Source: Thermodesulfobacteriota bacterium
GTDB taxonomy: Bacteria > Desulfobacterota > Binatia > Bin18
Assembly: GCA_964291405.2 (NCBI GenBank)
Contig: OZ219926.1
Span: forward strand, 2,080,001 to 2,144,000
DNA length: 64,000 nucleotides
Direction: 5' to 3'
Numbering within the stretch: the stretch's first letter is position 1; each line of letters begins with the position of its first letter. Shown piece after piece: positions 1-9,538 of the stretch. Position numbers and translations under genes: made by a program. The notes beneath the pieces were generated by a model. The model searched no databases. It was given only the letters and a program-made list of their open reading frames with translations, and had not been told where the DNA came from.

Positions 1-398
1 GAACGCTGCCAGTGACCGGCCTTGAGCGAGGCGGTGGCTTGCGGAATATTGCGCGCCAGGGCGAGGAGCAGAGAGATGGCGTGCTCGGCCGTGGTGACGT
101 TGTTCCCGCCCGGCGTGTTCATGACGACGATGCCACGTCTGGTTGCGGCCTCAACATCGATGTTATCAACGCCGATGCCGGCCCGCCCGATCACGCGCAG
201 GTTTTGGGCTGCCGTGATGACATCCGGCGTGACTCGTGTCCCGCTCCGAATAATCAGGCCCTGATACGGGGCGATCCGCTCGGCAAGTCCCTGGTCTGTT
301 AGTCCTGGTTGAACGGCACAGTCGATATCCGACTGGGCTTGCAGCCGCTCTACCCCCTGAGGGGCGAGCGGATCGGTAATAAGCACTTTATGTGACAT
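1..398 (-). CDS. serA: D-3-phosphoglycerate dehydrogenase (5' part; runs off the window edge)
   Basis: Manual minus-strand translation from ATG 398 gives MSHKVLITDPL...LRVIGRAGIGVDNIDVEAATRRGIVVMNTPGGNNVTTAEHAISLLLALARNIPQA, a SerA signature. Missing from the ORF track because it has no stop in the window. Confidence 0.93.
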   Translation of the reverse strand, partial: MSHKVLITDPLAPQGVERLQAQSDIDCAVQPGLTDQGLAERIAPYQGLIIRSGTRVTPDVITAAQNLRVIGRAGIGVDNIDVEAATRRGIVVMNTPGGNNVTTAEHAISLLLALARNIPQATASLKAGHWQR

Positions 399-422
399 GC
401 GGGTACTCGTCGCTCGGGTCAA

Positions 423-1577
423 TCATTCGACGGGCGGCCAACTTGGTAAGAGAACGGCTTCGGCGGCTCGGACGCCACTGCCCAACGTCAGCGTGGCTCC
501 AAACCGACTCAGGGCCATTTCAAGGCTGCTGATCGCCGTAATGACATCAAAAGGTCCGGCATAGCCAAGGTGAGAAATGCGCACGATTTTCCCTTTGAGA
601 TGGTCCTGTCCACCGGCAAGATCAACACCCATACGGTCGCGCATATAGGTCAGCAAACGCACGCCATCAACTGTGGACGGGAGCCATATGCCTGTTGCAG
701 CCTGGCTTGGATGAGTCTCGGCCAAGAGACGGAGGCCCAGGGCACGCACGGCGGCATGGGTCGCGGTCATCAACAAGGTGTGGCGAGCCCAGACCTGTTC
801 GAGCCCTTCTGCCTGGAGTTGCTGGAGCGCTTCGTGTAAGCCGCTAATCAGCGAAATAGCCGGGGTGTAGGCGGTGGTATGTTTGGCTTGTTCCGTGCGC
901 TCCTTTTGCAGATCAAAGTAGAAACGGGGAAGCTGTGCCCGTTCCGTATGCTGCCAGGCTTTCGGGCTGAGGGCGATAAACGCCAGCCCTGGGGGCAGCA
1001 TCAGGGCCTTTTGTGAGCCGGTAATGAATACATCAATCCCGGAGCGGTCCATGGGGATATCGATTGCGCCAACCGCAGTAATGCCATCGACAATGAGCAG
1101 GGTCTCAGAGTCCCGCGTCAGGGCGGCGATGTCTCGGACCGGGTGGAGGACCGTTGTCGAAGTCTCACTGGCCTGCATCAGAATAGCCTTGGCTTTGGGC
1201 TGATGCCGTAAAGCCTTGGCTACCGCCTCGACCGTCACGGCCTGCCCCCATTCGACCGTAATCTCTTCGGTTTGCACACCGAATGCCGCGCAGATTTTCA
1301 GCCAGCGTTGGCCGAATTTCCCACCATTGACCACAATGACACGGTCTCCGGGCGAGCAGGTATTCGTGATGGCCGCTTCCATCGCCCCGGAGCCCGAGGC
1401 CGCCAGGATGAGCACGTCCTGGGTGGTTTGGAACAGCCATTGGAGGCCGCGCTGTACTTCAGCAAAGAGTCGGCTGAATTCGGGGGTCCGATGATGAATG
1501 AGGGGCTGCGACATACGCAGCAAGACATCAGGCGGCACCTGAGTCGGCCCCGGAGTGAGTAAATATCGCTTTAACAT
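423..1577 (-). CDS. class V PLP aminotransferase (serine-pyruvate/alanine-glyoxylate family; probable phosphoserine aminotransferase substitute)
   Basis: LLTPGPT, HHRTPEF, VDGIT and GSQKALMLPPGL motifs; directly upstream of serA; start placed at MLKRYLL. Confidence 0.9.
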   Translation of the reverse strand: MLKRYLLTPGPTQVPPDVLLRMSQPLIHHRTPEFSRLFAEVQRGLQWLFQTTQDVLILAASGSGAMEAAITNTCSPGDRVIVVNGGKFGQRWLKICAAFGVQTEEITVEWGQAVTVEAVAKALRHQPKAKAILMQASETSTTVLHPVRDIAALTRDSETLLIVDGITAVGAIDIPMDRSGIDVFITGSQKALMLPPGLAFIALSPKAWQHTERAQLPRFYFDLQKERTEQAKHTTAYTPAISLISGLHEALQQLQAEGLEQVWARHTLLMTATHAAVRALGLRLLAETHPSQAATGIWLPSTVDGVRLLTYMRDRMGVDLAGGQDHLKGKIVRISHLGYAGPFDVITAISSLEMALSRFGATLTLGSGVRAAEAVLLPSWPPVE

Positions 1578-1600
1578 CGGTATGCCCACGCTACACGCAT

Positions 1601-1634
1601 AAAAAAGCCCGGATGGGCTCCCCGTATCCAGGCT
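1601..1634 (-). terminator. intrinsic-terminator-like hairpin plus U-tract in the leader of the aminotransferase-serA operon
   Basis: Minus strand reads AGCCTGGAT-ACGGGGAGCCC-ATCCGGGCT-TTTTT, ending about 24 nt before the start codon. Confidence 0.55.
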
Positions 1635-1753
1635 GTCAGCTCTCCCTCCCTCCTTGATCAAGACATGATGTATCGAAGCCGTGAGGCGGAGTCAATGCTC
1701 CTGCCTGACCCTTATATCCGCTCCTAACCTGCCTAAAAGTCTTTGGTTTTCGC

Positions 1754-1782
1754 TTGACACGAAAAATGGCGCATACTATAGT
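1754..1782 (+). promoter_or_regulatory. sigma70 promoter of the dcw operon
   Basis: TTGACA (1754-1759), 17 nt spacer, TATAGT (1777-1782), upstream of mraZ. Confidence 0.8.
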
Positions 1783-1783
1783 C

Positions 1784-1810
1784 GTGGGAGAAAGTGGGAG
1801 AAAGTGGGGA
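1784..1810 (+). promoter_or_regulatory. MraZ binding site (three GTGGG direct repeats, 10-nt period)
   Basis: GTGGGAGAAA-GTGGGAGAAA-GTGGGGA at 1784, 1794 and 1804, between the promoter and mraZ; matches the known MraZ autorepression box. Confidence 0.88.
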
Positions 1811-1823
1811 TTAGGGTAGATTC

Positions 1824-2294
1824 GTGTTTCGCGGGAGTTTTGAACATACTATTGACGAGAAAGGAAGGGTCAGTATCCCCTCGAAATTTCGAGAGATATT
1901 GGTTGGGCGGAACGATGCTCGACTGATTGTCACGAAATTTATCTTGGCATCCTTCCGCTGTCTTGATGTTTACCCCTATGCGGAATGGGAAAGCTTTGAG
2001 CAGGACCTGAGGAAAAAGCCCCGTTTTGATCAAAACTTCTTAAAAATCGAGACCTTTTATCTCTCTAATGCTCAGGAATGTGCCGTTGATAAGCAGGGCC
2101 GTATTTTAATTCCCCCGCTCCTCAGAGAATATGCCAGCCTGAAGAAGGACGTCATGTTTGCCGCTGCTCTTGAGAAATTTCGCATATGGGACAAGGCTGT
2201 ATGGCAAGAATTTAATGAAGAGTCTGAAAAAGATCTTGCCCAAGATCCACGGTTATTCAGTAATTTGAACGCAGGTATGGCAGCAGACATATAG
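1824..2294 (+). CDS. mraZ: division/cell wall cluster transcriptional repressor MraZ
   Basis: FRGSFEHTIDEKGRVSIP and DKQGRILIP motifs; first gene of the dcw cluster. Confidence 0.97.
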   Translation: MFRGSFEHTIDEKGRVSIPSKFREILVGRNDARLIVTKFILASFRCLDVYPYAEWESFEQDLRKKPRFDQNFLKIETFYLSNAQECAVDKQGRILIPPLLREYASLKKDVMFAAALEKFRIWDKAVWQEFNEESEKDLAQDPRLFSNLNAGMAADI

Positions 2295-2307
2295 GAACAG
2301 GTCCAAG

Positions 2308-3318
2308 ATGAGCAGAGCCTCCATGCACGCAGCATCTCTCTCTTCAGACTCGGTTCAGCCGATCCAAGCGGCCGGGCACATTCCGGTCATGCTGGAGCAG
2401 GTCCTCTCCTTTCTGCAACCTTGTCTTGGCGGTGATATTCTCGACGGGACGCTCGGGGGAGGCGGACACGCTGCGGCGCTGTTGGAGTCCAGTTGTGGAA
2501 AAGGCAGGCTGCTGGGGCTTGACCGTGATCCACGGGCGCTGCTGGTCGCGCGACGACGGTTAGCGCCGTTCGTCGGTCAGCATGTCACCCTTCATGCGAA
2601 TTTCAGCCAAGCGGCGGCTGTCCTGCGTGAGATGGGATGGGCAGGAGTCGATTGCATACTCCTTGACCTGGGGTTTTCCTCACTCCAAGTCGAAGACGGG
2701 GAGCGCGGCTTTAGTTTTTTACGCCCGGGGCCTCTCGATATGCGGATGGACCAAAGTGGCGGGCAGAGCGCCGCGGATATTGTGAATGCGTCCAGTGAAG
2801 AAGAATTACACCGTATTCTCCGAGAATACGGAGAAGAGCGGGCGGCCAGGGCGATTACCCGGGCAATCCTCCAGGGACGTGTACACGGGCCGATCACAAC
2901 GACGACGACTCTTGTAAAAATTATCGAGCGCAGTGTCCGCAGGCCCGCCCGCCATCAGCGGCATCGGGTCCATGCGGCGACACAGACCTTTCAGGCACTG
3001 CGCATCGCAGTAAATCAAGAACTCCAGCACTTAGCCGTATTCTTGCAGGAAGGATATACATTGCTGCGGCCTGGAGGGCGTATGGTGGTACTCTCCTACC
3101 ACTCGCTTGAAGATCGTCTGGTGAAAACCGCCTTCCGGCGCTGGGCCTCCGCCTGTATCTGTCCACCCCAACTCCAGGTATGTGCCTGTGACTGGAAACC
3201 GCAGGTCCAGGTGTTAACCCCAAAGCCGCTGACACCAACCGGCCAGGAGGTCATGGAGAATCCGCGGGCGCGGAGTGCACGCTTGCGCGCAGTGGAGCGA
3301 TGCGAAGGAGGAGGATGA
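2308..3318 (+). CDS. rsmH: 16S rRNA m4C1402 methyltransferase
   Basis: HIPVM, DGTLGGGGH, GPLDMRMD, FQALRIAVNQEL and NPRARSARLR motifs. Confidence 0.97.
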   Translation: MSRASMHAASLSSDSVQPIQAAGHIPVMLEQVLSFLQPCLGGDILDGTLGGGGHAAALLESSCGKGRLLGLDRDPRALLVARRRLAPFVGQHVTLHANFSQAAAVLREMGWAGVDCILLDLGFSSLQVEDGERGFSFLRPGPLDMRMDQSGGQSAADIVNASSEEELHRILREYGEERAARAITRAILQGRVHGPITTTTTLVKIIERSVRRPARHQRHRVHAATQTFQALRIAVNQELQHLAVFLQEGYTLLRPGGRMVVLSYHSLEDRLVKTAFRRWASACICPPQLQVCACDWKPQVQVLTPKPLTPTGQEVMENPRARSARLRAVERCEGGG

Positions 3319-3590
3319 TGTGGAAGTTGCCCGGATGGGTTAAGTATGGCGTACTTGTAGCTGTCGGGCTGGCCCTGGTCCTGTCCCACCTCTGGATTCG
3401 ACTTCAGGTGGTCTCTACGGGATATACGCTTGCAGATACGCGACAGCTCATCAACGCCTTGCAAGAGGAACACCATGCCCTCACGATAGAATGGGAAGCG
3501 GCCACGGCCCCCAGTCACTTGTCTCAGCTCGCCGGCGAGCGGCTTGAACTCTCTGTGCCTCGCCCTGAGCAGATCGTTATCCTGCCGTAG
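3315..3590 (+). CDS. ftsL: cell division protein FtsL
   Basis: Single N-terminal TM helix followed by a coiled coil and a P..EQIVIL end; lies between rsmH and ftsI. Confidence 0.8.
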   Translation: MMWKLPGWVKYGVLVAVGLALVLSHLWIRLQVVSTGYTLADTRQLINALQEEHHALTIEWEAATAPSHLSQLAGERLELSVPRPEQIVILP

Positions 3591-3599
3591 GAGGACCGC

Positions 3600-5558
3600 A
3601 TGTCGAGACGGATCGGTCTAATGGCGGGGATGTTGGGGTTGGGCCTGCTTCTTATTGTCGCCCGTCTTGTCCACCTCACAGTGGTGCAGAGGGATACGCT
3701 CGCGCAGCGGGCTGCTGGACAGTATCGCCACCGTGAGACCGTTACGCCACAGCGGGGTGCTATTGTTGATAGCAACGGACGGCGGTTGGCCTTTAGCGTT
3801 GGGGCTGAATCCCTCTATGTCCATCCGGCAAAACTCCCGGCCGACGTGGATGACATGGTTCCCGTGCTGGCCCGACATCTCTCTCTGCCCGCACAACAGG
3901 TCGACGCCATCCTCCATTCCTCCAAGCCGTTTGTCTGGCTCAAACGCGGGGTTTTCCCCCAAGAGGCCAGCCGTATCAAGACGCTCCGCGTGTCTGGCCT
4001 TGACAGCAAGAGCACTCAGCGCCGTGTGTACCCATACCGGACCTTAGCCGCCCCCCTGCTCGGATTTGTCAACGTGGATGCGCGAGGCTTGGAGGGGATC
4101 GAAAAGGCGTATAATCGCTATTTGCTTGGTCCAGTGAGTCATACTCTGGGTGAGCGTGACGGGCGTCAACGAGCGATCTTGATCCGTGGCGGCAGTCAGC
4201 AACCTGAAACATTCCGCGTGCGTTTGACTCTAGATACGACCCTCCAGTACGTGGCTGAGCGCGAATTGGAACGTGCCGTGCGGCACAGTCGGGCTGCGGC
4301 TGGGTCTGTAGTCATACTTGACCCTCAGACGTTTGCGATTCTTGCGCTGGCTCAGGTGCCGACCTTCGATCCGAATACGCCCGGAGATTTCCCACCTGAG
4401 ATGCGTCGTAACCGGGTGATCAGCGACTATTACGAGCCCGGATCGACGCTCAAGGCATTATTAGTTGCCGCCGCCCTGGATGCCAGACAAGTCAGCGAAA
4501 CCGACCCCATTTTTTGTGAACACGGGGCCTATCGAGTTGGCGGGCATACGATCCACGACGTTCATCCCTACGGCGAGCTCAACGTTGACGGGGTCTTGAC
4601 CAAATCGAGCAATATTGGCGCAGCGAAGATCGGCGAGCTATTGGGGAAGGAACGCTACTATAACTACCTTCGGGCCTTTGGGCTCGGACAGAAAACCGGC
4701 GTTGATTTGCCTGGAGAGATAAGCGGCGATCTCCCTTCGCTCCGGGCCTGGTCTCGGATCAGGCTGGTAACGGCCAGCTTTGGGCAGGGGGTGGCAGTGA
4801 CTCCCCTGCAGTTGGCTTGTGCCTATGCGGCGCTCGCCAACGACGGTATGCTCATGCGTCCCTATGTGGTGAGCGAAATAGTGAGCAGCACAGGGGAAGT
4901 CGTCCACGCCAACGGTCCTATCCCGATCAGGCAGGTGATTCAACCTGAAACCGCGCGGCGCATGCGGACCTTGCTTGCGCACGTTGTCGAGCCGGGGGGA
5001 ACGGGCCGACGTGCACACATTCAAGGGTTTCGGGTGGCGGGAAAAACGGGGACCTCGCAAAAACATGACCCCCGTGGCGGGTATTCGGAGACCGGTCGAA
5101 TCGCGTCCTTTATTGGCATGGTTCCCGCCGATCAGCCTCGACTGGTGATTTTAGCAGTCATCGACGAGCCCAAGACGGCCACCTACGGAGGGACGGTTGC
5201 GGCCCCAGTATTTCAAGGGATTGCCCGGCAATCCCTTGCCTACCTTGGGGTCGCGGGAAGTACGGGAGAAGGCGCAGACGTCCAATGGGCAGGCAGTCCA
5301 CATTTCTCGACCGCCAAGCTTTCCGCCGAACCCGCGTTTTCGCCCGAAGCCTATAGCACAGCAGGGGAGGACTCGTTAGCCAACCGCTCTGCCGACGACT
5401 TTATTGGTCTCAGTCTGCGGGCGGCCATGCGGAAAGCGTCTGCGAGCGGGCTGCGGGTCGTTACCCACGGGAGCGGATATGTCACGGACCAGAGGGTCCG
5501 AAATAAGGCGCAGACTGGCGAAGCGGTGTATGAACTCAGACTGGAAGCGGACGAGTGA
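3600..5558 (+). CDS. ftsI: class B penicillin-binding protein (PBP3)
   Basis: RGAIVD, EPGSTLK (SxxK), SSN and KTGT motifs; PASTA-like C-terminus. Confidence 0.95.
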   Translation: MSRRIGLMAGMLGLGLLLIVARLVHLTVVQRDTLAQRAAGQYRHRETVTPQRGAIVDSNGRRLAFSVGAESLYVHPAKLPADVDDMVPVLARHLSLPAQQVDAILHSSKPFVWLKRGVFPQEASRIKTLRVSGLDSKSTQRRVYPYRTLAAPLLGFVNVDARGLEGIEKAYNRYLLGPVSHTLGERDGRQRAILIRGGSQQPETFRVRLTLDTTLQYVAERELERAVRHSRAAAGSVVILDPQTFAILALAQVPTFDPNTPGDFPPEMRRNRVISDYYEPGSTLKALLVAAALDARQVSETDPIFCEHGAYRVGGHTIHDVHPYGELNVDGVLTKSSNIGAAKIGELLGKERYYNYLRAFGLGQKTGVDLPGEISGDLPSLRAWSRIRLVTASFGQGVAVTPLQLACAYAALANDGMLMRPYVVSEIVSSTGEVVHANGPIPIRQVIQPETARRMRTLLAHVVEPGGTGRRAHIQGFRVAGKTGTSQKHDPRGGYSETGRIASFIGMVPADQPRLVILAVIDEPKTATYGGTVAAPVFQGIARQSLAYLGVAGSTGEGADVQWAGSPHFSTAKLSAEPAFSPEAYSTAGEDSLANRSADDFIGLSLRAAMRKASASGLRVVTHGSGYVTDQRVRNKAQTGEAVYELRLEADE

Positions 5559-7117
5559 GGTGTGATGTGACGTGGTTGCGGCAGCTCCTGCCTCTTGATG
5601 CATCCGGGTTCACTGACCTCGCATTCCAGATTCATGGCCCGGCCGATATTCCGATCGAGTCGCTGGTGTATGACTCTCGCCGAGTGATGCCAGGGGCGCT
5701 CTTTTTTGCCCTTCCGGGAACAAAGACAGAGGGGACGGCCTTTCTTGAACAAGCGCTTGACCTGGGGGCACGGGCCGTTGTCGCTCCGCCAGGTACGGAG
5801 GTGCCCCCAGGTGTAACCCTTATCACCTCAGAGCAGCCACGACGGCTCCTTGGGGCAATCGCCGATCAGTTTTATCAGCGGCCGAGTGAACGGCTGACCC
5901 TGATCGGGGTGACTGGAACAAGTGGGAAAACAACAACAACGTATGTGTTGGAAGCTATAGGCAAAGCGCTGGGCTGGTCGGTTGGCGTAATCGGAACGGT
6001 GAACTATCGCTATGCAGATCAGGAGCGGCCCGCTGCCCTGACCACCCCGGAGGCGGTTGAACTGCAAGCCCTCTTATCCGACATGGTCAGAGCTGGAGTG
6101 AGTCATGTCATTATGGAGGTCTCGTCTCATGCCTTGGCCCAAGAGCGGGTCTGGGGCTGTCGCTGGGACGGTGGAGTCTTTACAAACCTTGGCCGTGACC
6201 ATCTCGATTACCATCTGAATACGGCGGCGTATTTTGCCGCAAAGGCACAGCTTTTTCGTAACGGGCTGGCCAAGTCGCCAAAACGTAGCCGCTTTGCGGT
6301 CATCAACACGGATGACCCTTGGGGCCAGAAGCTACTTACAGAGCAATTTGCCTATCCCGTGCTGACCTATAGCCTCCACCAGGATGCGACGGTCTCTGTC
6401 CGGCACGTCAACTATAGTTTGGCTGGCGTCCGGGCTGAGTTGCAGGTCGGACAAGAGATGCTTTCCGCAGCGTCGCCTTTGATTGGCGAGCCACACGTTT
6501 ATAACATCCTTGCGGCTGTCACTGTTGCACACGCCCTTGGAGCCCCACTCAAACAGGTGAGTGAAGGGATCGCTCAATGTCGCCATGTTCCAGGCCGCCT
6601 GGAAGCCCTCTCGGTCGGACAACAATTTGAGGTCTTCGTCGATTATGCCCATAAGCCCGACGCGCTGGAGAAGGCGCTGGCAGCCTTGCGGTCCCTCACA
6701 GCAAAGCGGCTGATCACCGTCTTCGGCTGCGGCGGAGATCGAGACAGAGGCAAGCGGCCGCTGATGGGCGAAGTCGCCGGCCGTTTGAGTGACGTGGTAG
6801 TTTTAACCTCGGACAATCCCCGAACCGAAAACCCGGACCAGATATTAACGGAAACGGAACCGGGACTCAGTCGGACTGGGATGACCCGCGAGGAGTCCAA
6901 CCGGGTGAGGGGAGCGGATATCCTCATAGGCTCGTATATGGTCATTGCCGATCGACGCAGCGCTATCCGACGGGCGCTGGACGAAGCCCAAGCGGGCGAT
7001 GTGGTCGTCATTGCCGGGAAGGGACACGAGGATTATCAGATTATCGGCACGACGCGCTCTCATTTTGATGATGCGGAAGAGGTCCGGCACTATCTGTCGG
7101 TGGAGGGCTGTGCGTAA
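5555..7117 (+). CDS. murE: UDP-MurNAc-dipeptide:meso-DAP ligase
   Basis: [35 protein letters not shown] (DAP specificity) and AGKGHE motifs. Confidence 0.96.
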   Translation: MRCDVTWLRQLLPLDASGFTDLAFQIHGPADIPIESLVYDSRRVMPGALFFALPGTKTEGTAFLEQALDLGARAVVAPPGTEVPPGVTLITSEQPRRLLGAIADQFYQRPSERLTLIGVTGTSGKTTTTYVLEAIGKALGWSVGVIGTVNYRYADQERPAALTTPEAVELQALLSDMVRAGVSHVIMEVSSHALAQERVWGCRWDGGVFTNLGRDHLDYHLNTAAYFAAKAQLFRNGLAKSPKRSRFAVINTDDPWGQKLLTEQFAYPVLTYSLHQDATVSVRHVNYSLAGVRAELQVGQEMLSAASPLIGEPHVYNILAAVTVAHALGAPLKQVSEGIAQCRHVPGRLEALSVGQQFEVFVDYAHKPDALEKALAALRSLTAKRLITVFGCGGDRDRGKRPLMGEVAGRLSDVVVLTSDNPRTENPDQILTETEPGLSRTGMTREESNRVRGADILIGSYMVIADRRSAIRRALDEAQAGDVVVIAGKGHEDYQIIGTTRSHFDDAEEVRHYLSVEGCA

Positions 7118-8193
7118 TGCTGTACGCCTTTCTCTACGCCCTCCATACGACCTACTCCGGGTTTAACGTCTTTCGCTATATTACGTTCAGAACCCTGTTG
7201 GCGGGCTTATTGGCTCTGAGCGTTTCCTTTATCCTCGGGCCGTGGCTGATTGCGCGCCTGACCGCGCTTAAGGCGGGTCAGCCCATCCGCTCAGATGGAC
7301 CCGCGGCGCATCTGAGTAAAGCTGGCACGCCGACCATGGGAGGGACGTTGATCCTGTTCTCTCTCACGCTGGCGACCCTCTTGTTGGCGGACTTAACCAA
7401 TCCGTACGTCTGGTTGGTGCTGGGCGTTACTATCGGTTTTGGTTTGATTGGATTTCTCGACGATTACAAAAAACTCAGCCAGCAGAACTCGGCCGGTTTA
7501 CGTGGGAGGTATAAACTCCTGGCGCAATGTGTGATTGCCCTGGCCGCGGCCTGGTGGCTGTTTGTACAGCCGGGCTTTGACACCACGCTGACCATTCCTT
7601 TCCTCAAAGACGTTCGGCCGGCCCTGGGCTGGTGGTATATTCCCTTTGCTGCCCTTGTGGTGGTAGGAGCCTCGAATGCGGTCAATCTCACTGATGGTCT
7701 GGATGGGTTGGCCATTGGGCCGGTGATGATCGCTGGGGTGACCTATGCCATTTTCACCTATGTGAGCGGGCATAGTGGAATGGCGGAGTACTTACAGGTG
7801 CCCTATGTGGCAGGCTCCGGGGAGGTGGCCGTTTTCTGTGGAGCCCTAGCGGCCGCCGGGCTGGGCTTTTTGTGGTTTAACGCCTACCCGGCCCAGATGT
7901 TTATGGGTGATGTGGGCTCCCTCTCCCTCGGGGCGGCGCTGGGTATTGTTGCGCTGATCAGTAAACAGGAGATCGTTCTGGCGGTCGTGGGCGGTGTTTT
8001 TGTGATTGAGGCGGCCTCGGTCATCTTTCAGGTGAGCTCGTATAAATTGAGGCGGAAACGCATCTTCCGCATGGCTCCACTACACCACCATTTTGAGTTG
8101 CTGGGCTGGCCAGAGCCGCTTATCATCGTCCGCTTTTGGATTGTTTCCATTATCTGTGCGCTCGCTGCATTAAGCACGCTCAAACTGCGCTGA
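7117..8193 (+). CDS. mraY: phospho-MurNAc-pentapeptide transferase
   Basis: [31 protein letters not shown] and MAPLHHHFE motifs. Confidence 0.98.
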   Translation: MLYAFLYALHTTYSGFNVFRYITFRTLLAGLLALSVSFILGPWLIARLTALKAGQPIRSDGPAAHLSKAGTPTMGGTLILFSLTLATLLLADLTNPYVWLVLGVTIGFGLIGFLDDYKKLSQQNSAGLRGRYKLLAQCVIALAAAWWLFVQPGFDTTLTIPFLKDVRPALGWWYIPFAALVVVGASNAVNLTDGLDGLAIGPVMIAGVTYAIFTYVSGHSGMAEYLQVPYVAGSGEVAVFCGALAAAGLGFLWFNAYPAQMFMGDVGSLSLGAALGIVALISKQEIVLAVVGGVFVIEAASVIFQVSSYKLRRKRIFRMAPLHHHFELLGWPEPLIIVRFWIVSIICALAALSTLKLR

Positions 8194-8203
8194 GAAAACA
8201 AAT

Positions 8204-9538
8204 ATGAATCTGACAGAGAAAACTGTAGTGATCATTGGCCTGGGGCGAACGGGGGAAAGCGTGGCGCGTTGTGTTCTTGCTCACGGCGGCCACGTCCGTA
8301 TCGCAGATAGTCATGCCGATGCGGTCGCAGCAGCACACACCCAGTTCGATATAGAAATCCGCTCGGACGACGACGCTGACGGACTCCTGCGTGGAGTGCA
8401 GCTCGCGATTCCCAGTCCTGGTGTGCCGGTGACCCACCCCCTACTGCGGGAGGCGGTCCAGCGGCAGGTTGCGGTGCAGAGTGAAATCGAGTTGGCCTAT
8501 CGGCTTCTGGCCTGTCCGGTTGTGGCCGTCACCGGTACGAACGGGAAAAGCACAACGACGGCCCTTCTTGGAGAGATGATCCAGCAGTCCGGTCAGGAGA
8601 CCTTTATTGGCGGGAACTTGGGAACCCCGCTGATTGACGCTGTGGGAACAGCCAGTGCGGTTGCGGTTGCCGAGATTTCCAGCTTTCAACTCGAATGGGT
8701 CGAGCAGTTCCGTCCACAGATTGGTGTCTTTCTCAATCTGAGTGAAGATCACCTCGATCGACACGGCAGTTTTGAACAATATGGCCGGACCAAACGGCGC
8801 TTATTTGCTCAGCAGCGTCGGTCTGATTGGGTGGTTATGAATCGAGACGACGCCCGCGTCCAGGCGTTGTGTCACGGGCTCCCCGGACGACTGTTTTCTT
8901 TTGGCTGGACTCCTGTGACCGGAGACAAGAGCGAAGGGACCTGGGTTGAGGCGGAGACCCTCGTTCTTCGTCACGCCGGCCGCGAAATGCGCTATGCGAT
9001 TGATGACATCCAACTCCGTGGGAGGCATAATATTGCCAACGTCATGGCCGCGGTGAGTGCGGCAACGTTGTGGGGGGTCCCCCCAACTGTCATCCAGGCC
9101 GTATTAGCCTCTTTTACTGGCTTACCACACCGGCTTGAACTCGTCGCGGAGAAAAACGGGGTGGCCTATATCAATGACTCCAAAGGGACGAATATCGACG
9201 CCGTGGTCCAGTCACTCAACAGTTTTTCTGAGCCGGTTATTCTACTGGCTGGCGGGGTGGAGAAAGGCGGCGATTATCGTCCCCTTCGAGAGGTCGTCCA
9301 GACCAAGGTGAAAAAACTCATTCTCTTTGGCCAAGCTCAACGCTCCTTATGCGCGGCCTTGGGGCAGGACACCGAAACACTGCTGGTCGATTCATTGGAC
9401 GAGGCGGTTCAGGCCGCCCACCGGGGAGCCCGAGCGGGGGATATCGTCCTCCTCTCTCCGGCCTGCGCGAGTTTTGATCAATTCCAGAACTATGCCCATC
9501 GTGGGGAGGCGTTCCGGTCCTACGTTGCAGCGCTATGA
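8204..9538 (+). CDS. murD: UDP-MurNAc-L-Ala:D-Glu ligase
   Basis: GTNGKSTT, DHLDRH, NDSKGTN and LLSPACASFDQF motifs. Confidence 0.97.
   Translation: MNLTEKTVVIIGLGRTGESVARCVLAHGGHVRIADSHADAVAAAHTQFDIEIRSDDDADGLLRGVQLAIPSPGVPVTHPLLREAVQRQVAVQSEIELAYRLLACPVVAVTGTNGKSTTTALLGEMIQQSGQETFIGGNLGTPLIDAVGTASAVAVAEISSFQLEWVEQFRPQIGVFLNLSEDHLDRHGSFEQYGRTKRRLFAQQRRSDWVVMNRDDARVQALCHGLPGRLFSFGWTPVTGDKSEGTWVEAETLVLRHAGREMRYAIDDIQLRGRHNIANVMAAVSAATLWGVPPTVIQAVLASFTGLPHRLELVAEKNGVAYINDSKGTNIDAVVQSLNSFSEPVILLAGGVEKGGDYRPLREVVQTKVKKLILFGQAQRSLCAALGQDTETLLVDSLDEAVQAAHRGARAGDIVLLSPACASFDQFQNYAHRGEAFRSYVAAL

Noticed and set aside
12-302. Plus-strand ORFs at the window start
   Set aside because: Antisense shadows of serA.
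1658-1666. Met-Ser-stop micro-ORF as a serine-sensing leader peptide
   Set aside because: It has no RBS and overlaps the presumed -10 region, so it is probably not transcribed; such a short ORF is expected by chance.
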